NCBI RefSeq assembly: GCF_030373265.1
Contig: NZ_JAUCZC010000007.1
Span: 65,456 to 129,455 of the forward strand
Direction of reading: 5' to 3'
Origin: Blastomonas sp.
GTDB taxonomy: Bacteria > Pseudomonadota > Alphaproteobacteria > Sphingomonadales > Sphingomonadaceae
DNA: 64,000 nt
Part shown: positions 56,583 through 64,000 of the stretch, in pieces
Numbering within the stretch: the first letter of the stretch is position 1
Layout of the letters: every line of letters begins with the position of its first letter
Notes under the pieces: generated by a model
The model's database searches: none
What the model saw: the letters and a program-made list of their open reading frames with translations, nothing else
Told to the model about the DNA's origin: nothing
Program-made: the position numbers and the translations under genes

Positions 56583-58330
56583 CGTGTTGCCCCGATCGAG
56601 AAGAAGATACGCGGATCGCTGCTGCCATCGGGCGTGAAGCGGGCCTTGCCCGGCCATGCGGCATAGACCTCGCCGAACAGGCCGTAAGGCAGCGCGATGC
56701 GCGACCCGCCGCCTGCCGACCACAATTCGGTGACCCGCAGCTCGGCAAAATCGAGCCGCCCGCTCTGGCGCAGGATGCCGGCGTCGACGAACAGGAACGG
56801 CTGGACGGTGACCGGGCCGAAGCTCAGCCGGTCGTTGAGTTCCATCGCCACGTTGATGCAATGGTCGCCGCCTGCTGCGCCATAATCATAGGCCCGGCCG
56901 AAGCGGTCGCCGCCGAAATTGCATTCGCGCGAGGCTGCCGCGCCGCGGTTCAGGCCCATCTGCGCCTCTGCCGTCACCCGCACCCGGCTGGTGCCGACCA
57001 GCGGCGCGTTCCACACCAGCGATGCGGTGGCGGCGGTGAACTCGGGATCGCCCTGGGTACGGCTGCGCAAGGGGTTGAACCGGCCGGTGGCGCCAAGACC
57101 ATCGATGCCCTGGCTCACCCCCAGTCGGAACAGGCCGATGGTGCCATCGCTTGCCGCCCAGTCATAGCTGCCATAAAGTTCATAAAAGCGGCTGCGGTCA
57201 TCGATCAGGGTCACGCCGAAGATGCCGCTGTCGGAGTTGATCGCGGTCGCGTCCAGTCCGACGATCAGGCTGGAGTTGCGCGTCCGCCGCAGCGGATAGC
57301 TGAGCCCGGCGCGCACCACTTCTTCCTCGCCCTCGAACTGCAGGATCGAGAGGAACCCGCGCACCGCCCGCGACCGGGCACGCGAATAGGACAGGGTGCC
57401 GGTCAGGCCATCGTCGGTGATCGGCGCGCTGTACTGGACATAGCCCGAAACGAAGCCGTCGGTGGGCAGGGTCGCGCGCGCATCCAGCAGCAACTGATCG
57501 CCGGGGATCAACAGCGAATTGACCGTCACCCCGGCGCGATAGCGCTGCTCGCCCAGATTGTCCCGGATGCGATTGTCGAACTGCGCCTCGAGCACCACCG
57601 GGTCGAGATCGACCACCACCAGCAGGCTGGCGGCACCGGGGGTGGCTTCGGATGGGCGGACCACGACCGAGACGTCCATTCCGCCGAGGTCGCCGCTGGT
57701 CAGGATCGCGCGTTCGAGTTCATCGACCTTTACCGGACCGCGCTTGATGAGCGGCGTGAACCGACGGCGGATCATGTCGGTCAGCCGCGTCTCCCCGACC
57801 AGCCCCGCACCCGATTTGAGCTGGATCTCGATGGCATCGACGCTGCCCTCGACCACCTGGAGCACGACCACGCCATCCGCCACGTCTTGGGTTGGGACGA
57901 TGGCGAATGACAAGGCATAGCCTGCCTCGGCATAGACTCGGGTGAGCAGGTCGGCGGCGCGATAGATATCCGCCAGCGACAGCTCCTGGCCTAGAAAGGG
58001 CGCGAGCGGTGCCTGCAGCCGGTCTTCGGCGATCACATCGAAGCCGACGATGCGGAACCGGGTGACCCGGACCCTCGCGGTATCGTCGATCGCGCTCGGA
58101 TCAGTGCGCGGCCGATCGATGGTGAAGGGCGTGCGCGGCGTGGACAGCGGCACTTCGGGCTCACGGTTCTCGCGCTCGAATGTGCCGGCAGGCGGGCGAA
58201 GCGGGCCGGGAACAGACTGGGCGGCACCGGCTGCAGGCCATGCCATGGCGGTCGCCAGCGCGAAGGCTATACAGCCACGCGACAGGGCGCTGCGTTTGAC
58301 GCCGAGTGTCAACATCCGCGAAAGGTTCAT
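56579..58330 (-). CDS. TpsB outer-membrane transporter (ShlB/FhaC/HecB family)
   Basis: 583 aa with a signal peptide, POTRA-like region and 16-strand-barrel-like C-terminus ending ...FFSIGATR. It lies immediately upstream of tpsA and is translationally coupled to it. Confidence 0.85.
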   Translation of the reverse strand: MNLSRMLTLGVKRSALSRGCIAFALATAMAWPAAGAAQSVPGPLRPPAGTFERENREPEVPLSTPRTPFTIDRPRTDPSAIDDTARVRVTRFRIVGFDVIAEDRLQAPLAPFLGQELSLADIYRAADLLTRVYAEAGYALSFAIVPTQDVADGVVVLQVVEGSVDAIEIQLKSGAGLVGETRLTDMIRRRFTPLIKRGPVKVDELERAILTSGDLGGMDVSVVVRPSEATPGAASLLVVVDLDPVVLEAQFDNRIRDNLGEQRYRAGVTVNSLLIPGDQLLLDARATLPTDGFVSGYVQYSAPITDDGLTGTLSYSRARSRAVRGFLSILQFEGEEEVVRAGLSYPLRRTRNSSLIVGLDATAINSDSGIFGVTLIDDRSRFYELYGSYDWAASDGTIGLFRLGVSQGIDGLGATGRFNPLRSRTQGDPEFTAATASLVWNAPLVGTSRVRVTAEAQMGLNRGAAASRECNFGGDRFGRAYDYGAAGGDHCINVAMELNDRLSFGPVTVQPFLFVDAGILRQSGRLDFAELRVTELWSAGGGSRIALPYGLFGEVYAAWPGKARFTPDGSSDPRIFFSIGATR

Positions 58331-58650
58331 GCGGGGTGATCGTCCGATTTCCCCGAAGGGCGTTGAGAGGGCGCGACCCCGTCTCGGGAAATCAGAGTGA
58401 AACCCCTGTCACCCGGTACCGTGTTGTCGTGATGCAGCTATGCGGCCGATCACAACGCCATCATTACCGGACGATCAGCCGACCACGCAAATCCAATAGG
58501 GATTGCGCACCGCCAGCCAATCAGGGGAGGCCCCCGCCTCCTGCCGGAACGCTATGCAGGCAGGGCACAAAAACGCAAGAAAAACCGTCGGTTTGTGGGC
58601 AATAATACGGCAGGTCGATGCGCATTTCCCACACCGCGTTCGAGCGGGCG

Positions 58651-59358
58651 CTAGGCTGCCAGCGCCGCCGCGTTGCGCAGCACCAATGTGCCCGCGCTGC
58701 GGCTTTCGCTCCAGCCGCCACGGCGGCGGAACTGATCGGCGCAGTTGGGTTCGAGATAGATGATCGTGACCGGCTGGGTCAGCGCGCAGAGCCGCTCGGC
58801 GACCGGCGCCATCACGGCATCGTCGAAAGGATCGTAGAAATAGCACAATAGGGGCACGTCGTTCGGCGGGACATACTTGCGCGCATCCATGCACACGACC
58901 TCGATCGGCGCAACCAGCCCCCCTTTCGCCTGCACGATGTCGCGGTTGGCGAGCGCGATCTTCGCCAGTTCGGGCGCGAATTCGACTCCGATCACCCGGT
59001 GGAAGCCGAAGCGGGCGGCCTCGAGCAGCGCCCGGCCCTTGCCGCAGCCATAGTCGATGAACACCGTCCGGCCAAAATCCACGCCCAGCTCGGCAAACCA
59101 AACCGGCATGTCGGCGCCGTTGCTCGACTGATAGCGCCGGGCATGCGCAGCGACCGAAGGATCGACCTCAAGTGTGTGCAGTTCTCTGATCGCAAAGGTG
59201 TCCGTGCCCCAGGTCTGGTCGAACGCCTGGAACTGGCGGTCGCGCGCCCTGGCCCGCGGCGTCATTTCGCGCGCATGATAGGCGATGTTGTGTGCCACCA
59301 GACGCACGATCTCGGCGGGTGAGCGGCCCTTGAGGCGGCGGACGAGCGATGTCATCAT
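58651..59358 (-). CDS. class I SAM-dependent methyltransferase
   Basis: Likely start is ATG 59358 (MMTSLVRRLKG...), giving 235 aa. SAM motif I is VFIDYGCGKGRALLEAA. The upstream part of ORF 58651..59535 overlaps the divergent promoter region. Confidence 0.6.
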   Translation of the reverse strand: MMTSLVRRLKGRSPAEIVRLVAHNIAYHAREMTPRARARDRQFQAFDQTWGTDTFAIRELHTLEVDPSVAAHARRYQSSNGADMPVWFAELGVDFGRTVFIDYGCGKGRALLEAARFGFHRVIGVEFAPELAKIALANRDIVQAKGGLVAPIEVVCMDARKYVPPNDVPLLCYFYDPFDDAVMAPVAERLCALTQPVTIIYLEPNCADQFRRRGGWSESRSAGTLVLRNAAALAA

Positions 59359-59512
59359 GTCTGGGCAGGCCTTCGCAGTTGACGGGCGTCCGGCGGGGAC
59401 GGCAAGCTCACCGCCGACCAGCTTCCTACAGGGTAGAACCCGCTTAACCATGATCCACCGATATCTGCGGGGGAATTTACCTGCATTTACAGTGCAATTA
59501 AGGACAGACTGC

Positions 59513-60319
59513 ATGACCGACCCAATTCGGATCACATCGTTCGGACAGGTGGAAACGGTGACGCTCGCCCGCCCCGAGGCCCTGAATGCGATGGACGAGC
59601 CGATGATTCTGGCGCTGCAGGACTATTTCCGCACCCTGGCCGAGCGCCCGCAGGTGCGGGTCGTGATTCTCAATGCCGAGGGCCGCGCGTTCTGCGCCGG
59701 GCTGGATCTGAAGGGCTGGGCTCCGCGCCAGCAAGACGGCGAGACCGAAGGTGCGGTGCATGGCGGCTGGCGCACCCAGCGCGCGATCGCCACCGTGATG
59801 CAGCTGATGCGATCCTGCCCGCAACCCGTCATCGCCTGCGCACAAGGCGCGGCGTGCGGCGGCGGGATGTCGCTGCTGCTCGCCAGCGACGTGCGCTATT
59901 GCACCCCCGATTTTCGGATGAACGCCGCGTATATCCGCATCGGCCTGGGCGGTTGCGATATGGGGTCGAGCTATTTCCTGCCGCGGCTGGTGGGCAGCTC
60001 GCTCGCGTCCGAAATGATCCTGTCGGGGCGCTTCGTCGGTGCCGAGCGCGCGCTGGCGGCAGGCTTTGTCAGCGAGATCGCGGAACAGGGAGATATCATG
60101 GCCAGAGCCGAGGCCCTGGCCGCTGACATGCTGCTCGCCAGCCCGATGGGGCTGCGGCTGAGCAAGGACGTGCTCAACCGCAACATCGATGCAACCGGGT
60201 TCGAGGCGGCCCTGGCGCTGGAGGACCGCCAGCAGATCATGCTCAGCATGACCGAGGACTATGCCGAGGCGAGACGGGCGTTCGCCGAGAAGCGGGTGCC
60301 GCAGTACCGCGACCGTTGA
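59513..60319 (+). CDS. enoyl-CoA hydratase/isomerase (crotonase) family protein
   Basis: Start ATG 59513 after AAGGACAG, giving 268 aa (MTDPIRITSFGQVETVTLARPEALNAM, FCAGLDLKG oxyanion motif). Confidence 0.8.
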   Translation: MTDPIRITSFGQVETVTLARPEALNAMDEPMILALQDYFRTLAERPQVRVVILNAEGRAFCAGLDLKGWAPRQQDGETEGAVHGGWRTQRAIATVMQLMRSCPQPVIACAQGAACGGGMSLLLASDVRYCTPDFRMNAAYIRIGLGGCDMGSSYFLPRLVGSSLASEMILSGRFVGAERALAAGFVSEIAEQGDIMARAEALAADMLLASPMGLRLSKDVLNRNIDATGFEAALALEDRQQIMLSMTEDYAEARRAFAEKRVPQYRDR

Positions 60320-60479
60320 GGCGCGCGAAAAATCACGTTGCCAAGCGCCGCGATGCCGTAACGTCAGCCTGTGATCGCGCGGAAATCCGCACGTTTGCGG
60401 GTCGATGGCGCTTTGCTTTTGCGCGCTTCCGGTGCAGATTGGCGTCCAACGCCCGACACGGGCAGCAAAGGTGAGGACC

Positions 60480-61655
60480 ATGACTGAAGACGAAGACCTG
60501 GAAAGCTTCCGCGCCGAAGTGCGCGCCTTTCTCGATGCAGAACTTCCCGCCGAAAAGCGCTTTGCCGCCGACGGCTTTGCCAACGCCAGCAAGGAACTGA
60601 CCGCCTGGTGGCAGGGCGTTCGCGCCAAGCGCGGCTGGGGTGCTCCCGGCTGGCCAAAGCAATATGGCGGCAGCGAATGGTCGCTGGCCAAGAAGCGCAT
60701 CTTTGCCGATGAATCGACCAAGGCGGGCGCGCCGTCCTACAGCCCGTTCGGCATCACCATGGTCGCGCCGGTCATCTATACCTTCGGTACCGAAGAGCAG
60801 AAGGCAGAGCATCTGCCGCACATCCTGAATGGCACGCGCTTCTGGTGCCAGGGCTATTCCGAGCCCGGCGCAGGATCCGACCTTGCCAGCCTCAAGACCC
60901 GCGCGATCCGCGATGGCGACGACTATGTCGTCAACGGCCAGAAGACCTGGACCACGCAGGGCCATTGGGCCGACTGGATCTTCTGCCTGGTACGCACCAA
61001 CACCGAGGTGAAGCAGCAGAACGGCATCTCGTTCCTGCTGATCGACATGAACACGCCCGGAATCGAGGTCCGCCCGATCCGCACCATCGACGGCATGCAC
61101 CACCTGAACGAGGTGTTCTTCACCGATGTTCGCGTGCCGGTAAAGAACCTGGTCGGCAACGAGAACGACGGCTGGACCTATGCCAAGTTCCTGCTGGGCA
61201 ACGAGCGTGCCGGGATCGCGGGCGTCACCCGCACCAGCGGCGACATTGCGCGCCTGCGCGAATGGGCCAGCTCGACCGAGCGCTTCATCGATCCGCCGAT
61301 CAACGATCCCCGGATCGCGCAGCGGCTCGACGATCTCGAGCAGCGGCTCGCCAAATTGGCGGCGCTCGAAGCCCGCGCGCTCGAATCGCCCAGCCAGTCG
61401 ATGGAAGCGATGCGTCTGGTCGCGCCGTTGAAGCTGCTGGGCACCGAGCTGTCGCAGGACGTGTCCGAGCTCGCGCTGGATATCGCAGGGCCGGCCGCGC
61501 TGCCGCGTCCGGCGGAAAACCCCGCGCATCCTTACGGCCAGGAAGGCGAGCACGCGATGTCGGTGTTCCTCTTCGGCCGCGCGCAGTCGATCTATGGCGG
61601 CACCAACGAGGTGCAGAAGAACATTCTCGCCAAGATGATGGCCGCCGGGCTCTAA
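60480..61655 (+). CDS. acyl-CoA dehydrogenase family protein
   Basis: Start ATG 60480 after AAAGGTGAGGA, giving 391 aa. Motifs are WCQGYSEPGAGSDLASLKT, GQKTWTT and the C-terminal QSIYGGTNEVQKNILAK. Confidence 0.8.
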   Translation: MTEDEDLESFRAEVRAFLDAELPAEKRFAADGFANASKELTAWWQGVRAKRGWGAPGWPKQYGGSEWSLAKKRIFADESTKAGAPSYSPFGITMVAPVIYTFGTEEQKAEHLPHILNGTRFWCQGYSEPGAGSDLASLKTRAIRDGDDYVVNGQKTWTTQGHWADWIFCLVRTNTEVKQQNGISFLLIDMNTPGIEVRPIRTIDGMHHLNEVFFTDVRVPVKNLVGNENDGWTYAKFLLGNERAGIAGVTRTSGDIARLREWASSTERFIDPPINDPRIAQRLDDLEQRLAKLAALEARALESPSQSMEAMRLVAPLKLLGTELSQDVSELALDIAGPAALPRPAENPAHPYGQEGEHAMSVFLFGRAQSIYGGTNEVQKNILAKMMAAGL

Positions 61656-61766
61656 GGCCCGTTCCCGCCATCTCCGTTTGTCCCGAGCGAAGTCGAGGGA
61701 CGTACGCACAAGACCTGGCGCGGATGACCCCATCTGCGCCAGGCAGATATTCAGGACGAAACACCC

Positions 61767-62870
61767 ATGTTCGCACCCAATGATGACCAACAGCTGCTGA
61801 CCGACAGCGCCCGCCGCTTTACCCAGAAACATTATGCCGACGACAAGCTCGGCCAGATGGGCGAAGCCCCGCTCAACACCGCTCTGTGGGCCGAAATGGC
61901 CGAAGCCGGCTGGCTGATGCTGCCGTTTGCCGAGGCCGATGGCGGACTCCAGCCCGACGGCCAATCGGGCCTGGGCGATTGCGTCAGCCTGTTCGAAGTG
62001 CTCGGCGAAGGCCTGGTGGTCGAGCCCGTCCTTGCCAGCACGATCCTGGGCGGTGGCCTGATCGCCGCGAGCGCTGAATCGCAGCAGCGCAGCGACCTGA
62101 TCGAAGCCATCGTTTCGGGCGGCGCCCCCATCGGCGTCGCGCTGCACGAGCCGCGCGCCCGGCACGACATCTGGTATTGCGAAGCCCGCGCCACCCAAAG
62201 CGGCGACGGCTGGACGCTGTCGGGCCACAAGTCGCTGGCGCATGGCGCGGCAGTGGCCGAGCAGATCATCGTTCTCGCCCGGATCGAAGGCGAACCCGGC
62301 AGCGGCGGCCAAGGGCTGGGGCTGTTCCTGGTTCCCGCCAATGGTGCTGGCGTCACCGTAACCGCTTACCGGCTGCGCGACGACCATTGGGCCGCTGACG
62401 TGGCGCTGGACAATGCCGCAGTCGGCGCGGATGCGCTACTGCTGGGCACCGGCGATGCCGCTGAGGTCCTCGCCAAGGTGATCGACAAGGCGCGGCTGCT
62501 GCTGGCCGCCGAGGGCACCGGCATCATGCGCCGGCTGTGCCTGGCGACTCAGCAATACACCACCGAGCGCAAGCAGTTCGGCGTGCCGCTCGCCACCTTC
62601 CAGGTGCTGCAGCACCGCATGGTCGACATGTCGGTGGCGTTCGACCAGGCGCGCTCGCTCGTGTATGAGGCGGTGACGCACGACCTGGCCGGCGATGCCG
62701 ACGCCATGACCCGGTCCGCACGCGCCGCCTATCGCGCGGTCAGCGAGGACGGCGTCGAGGTCGGCAAGCAGGCGGTCCAGCTGCACGGCGGCATGGGCAT
62801 GTCCGAAGAGCTGCCGCTGGGCCGCGCGCTGCGCCGCCTGCTGGCGATCCGCCAGGCGTTTCCACTCTAA
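61767..62870 (+). CDS. acyl-CoA dehydrogenase family protein (second, shorter paralog)
   Basis: 367 aa with an ACAD-like fold (GDGWTLSGHKS, TERKQFGVPLATFQVLQHRM, VQLHGGMGMSEELP). It ends before the conserved IY(E/G)GT segment. Confidence 0.7.
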   Translation: MFAPNDDQQLLTDSARRFTQKHYADDKLGQMGEAPLNTALWAEMAEAGWLMLPFAEADGGLQPDGQSGLGDCVSLFEVLGEGLVVEPVLASTILGGGLIAASAESQQRSDLIEAIVSGGAPIGVALHEPRARHDIWYCEARATQSGDGWTLSGHKSLAHGAAVAEQIIVLARIEGEPGSGGQGLGLFLVPANGAGVTVTAYRLRDDHWAADVALDNAAVGADALLLGTGDAAEVLAKVIDKARLLLAAEGTGIMRRLCLATQQYTTERKQFGVPLATFQVLQHRMVDMSVAFDQARSLVYEAVTHDLAGDADAMTRSARAAYRAVSEDGVEVGKQAVQLHGGMGMSEELPLGRALRRLLAIRQAFPL

Positions 62871-62892
62871 CTCGCGCTCTTTTCAGCTGCCC

Positions 62893-62972
62893 GTCATTCC
62901 CGCGAACGCGGGAATCCCGCTTGTTCGCCAAGGGTTGGACAGAAGCGGGACCCCCGCTTTGGCGGGGGTGAC
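62893..62972 (+). repeat. 80-bp REP/MITE-like intergenic element, copy 2
   Basis: GTCATTCCCGCGAACGCGGGAATCCCGC...GCGGGACCCCCGCTTTGGCGGGGGTGAC. Same architecture as 41627-41706. Confidence 0.8.
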
Positions 62973-62997
62973 GATCCAGAGCGCGATCCTTCCCGGC

Positions 62998-63795
62998 TTA
63001 CCGGAACGGCAACCCCATCGACCAGCCGAAGCGGCTGGATTCTCGGCCGGGATAATCGGTCAGGCCGATCGCCATGGTTTCGTGCCCGCCGCTGGGCCGC
63101 GGGCGATAGGTGCCCAGCAGCCGGTCCCAGATCGACAGGCAGAAGCCGTAATTGCTGTCATGCTCCACCCGCCGGGTGCTGTGGTGGACGCGGTGCATGT
63201 CGGGCGTCACGATCACCCACCGCAACACGCTGTCCAGCCACAAGGGCAGCGCCAGATTGGCGTGGTTGAACATCGGCAGCACCGCGAGCAGCACCTCGAA
63301 CACGATCAGCGCCCATAACGGCGCCCCCAGCGCGAGGGCTACGCCCAGCTTGAACAGCATCGACAGCCCGATCTCGAGCGGGTGGAAGCGCAAAGCCGTC
63401 GACATGTCGAGGTCGCGATCAGCGTGATGCACCCGGTGCAAGCGCCACAGCAAAGGCAGCCGGTGGGTGGCCCAGTGCTGTGTCCAGACCGCCAGATCGA
63501 GCAGCAGGATCGCCAGCACGCCCTGCAGCCAGCCGGGCCAGCCGGTCAACGGCAACAGCCCGAAATCGGGCTGTTGCGCATAGCCGGTCACTGCGCCGAA
63601 CACGCCAATGAACACCAGGGCCTGCACCCCGCGCTCGATCGGCATGTTGACCAGAACGAAGCCCAGATGCGTGCGCCAGCGCGGCGCCACCGGCAAGCGA
63701 CGCCGCCGCGGCCAGAGCGCCTCGGCGAGCAGCAGCGCCAGCGCCACGCCGATCAGCAGCGCGCTGATAAGCAGAGGCTGGCTGCTGGCGATCAT
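62998..63795 (-). CDS. sterol desaturase / fatty-acid hydroxylase superfamily membrane protein
   Basis: 265 aa with His boxes HWATHR, HRVHHAD and HRVHHSTRRVEHDSNYG, and four TM helices. Confidence 0.8.
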   Translation of the reverse strand: MIASSQPLLISALLIGVALALLLAEALWPRRRRLPVAPRWRTHLGFVLVNMPIERGVQALVFIGVFGAVTGYAQQPDFGLLPLTGWPGWLQGVLAILLLDLAVWTQHWATHRLPLLWRLHRVHHADRDLDMSTALRFHPLEIGLSMLFKLGVALALGAPLWALIVFEVLLAVLPMFNHANLALPLWLDSVLRWVIVTPDMHRVHHSTRRVEHDSNYGFCLSIWDRLLGTYRPRPSGGHETMAIGLTDYPGRESSRFGWSMGLPFR

Positions 63796-64000
63796 GATGC
63801 GGCGGCGAGTTCGGACTGCTGTGCCATCGTCGGGTAATCGGTATAGCCCTCGGGTCCCTGGCCATACCAGCGCTTGGAGTTGTCCGGGGTCAACGATGCG
63901 TCGATCGCCAGCCTTGCGGGCAGATCCGGGTTGGCAAGGAAGGTGCGGCCAAAGCTGATCGCATCGGCGCTTCCCGCCGCCATCGCGGCAGCCGCGCTTT
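63792..64000 (-). CDS. NADH:flavin oxidoreductase (Old Yellow Enzyme family), C-terminal part; gene runs off the window
   Basis: GSADAISFGRTFLANPDLPARL...YGQGPEGYTDYP is the conserved OYE C-terminus. The frame stays open to position 64000. Its stop overlaps the next gene start (ATGA). Confidence 0.75.
   Translation of the reverse strand, partial: SAAAAMAAGSADAISFGRTFLANPDLPARLAIDASLTPDNSKRWYGQGPEGYTDYPTMAQQSELAAAS

Noticed and set aside
43954-56748. Dozens of nested ORFs on both strands inside tpsA (for example 49029..51407, 52824..54623, 54705..55655, 56008..56748)
   Set aside because: All lie within a single uninterrupted 13.9-kb reading frame with a TPS domain and coherent repeats. Their repetitive R/A/G-rich translations mirror the repeat periodicity of the real frame.
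60333-62387. 684-aa minus-strand ORF opposite the two ACAD genes, and the 59498..60721 ORF opposite the crotonase
   Set aside because: They are antisense to genes with clear ACAD and crotonase motifs and SD-preceded starts.

Overview
High-GC (about 65%) alphaproteobacterial chromosome; the gene content and the GTCATTCCCGCGAACGCGGGAATCCC-type intergenic repeats suggest a sphingomonad. The main structural event is an ~11.1-kb integrative mobilizable element (731-11796) inserted inside comM/yifB. Joining the two comM halves (91-730 and 11797-12669) restores GGHN(M/R)VMVGPPGAGKS, and both junctions carry CACAACA(T/G)GGT. The element encodes a large serine recombinase next to attR, an RHH protein, a type IV coupling protein and a MOBF relaxase-helicase as translationally coupled genes, a candidate oriT, and no mating-pair-formation genes. 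Its cargo is a sharply AT-rich module of two overlapping reverse-transcriptase genes (449 aa and 692 aa, both with intact YVDD). Downstream lies a small structured region with a single-stranded (CA)4 tract. This layout matches a DRT type 3-like (UG3+UG8+ncRNA) anti-phage system and is my top candidate for the interesting system. The rest is mostly core genome. It includes bdhA, a patatin-like lipase and two tandem acetoacetate-decarboxylase paralogs, the second lacking the Lys115 and Glu76 equivalents. It also includes ssb, feoAB, merR-SMR, ftsK, an OmpA with a 25-proline linker, a decayed GTA/phage remnant, queE and a HerA-like ATPase. A two-partner secretion locus encodes a 4617-aa exoprotein with about 36 FG-GAP-like units, about 13 MBG domains and an exact 720-bp tandem duplication. 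An acyl-CoA dehydrogenase/hydratase cluster lies near the end. I recognised no rRNA, tRNA or CRISPR array. Many long ORFs in the track are antisense GC artefacts.
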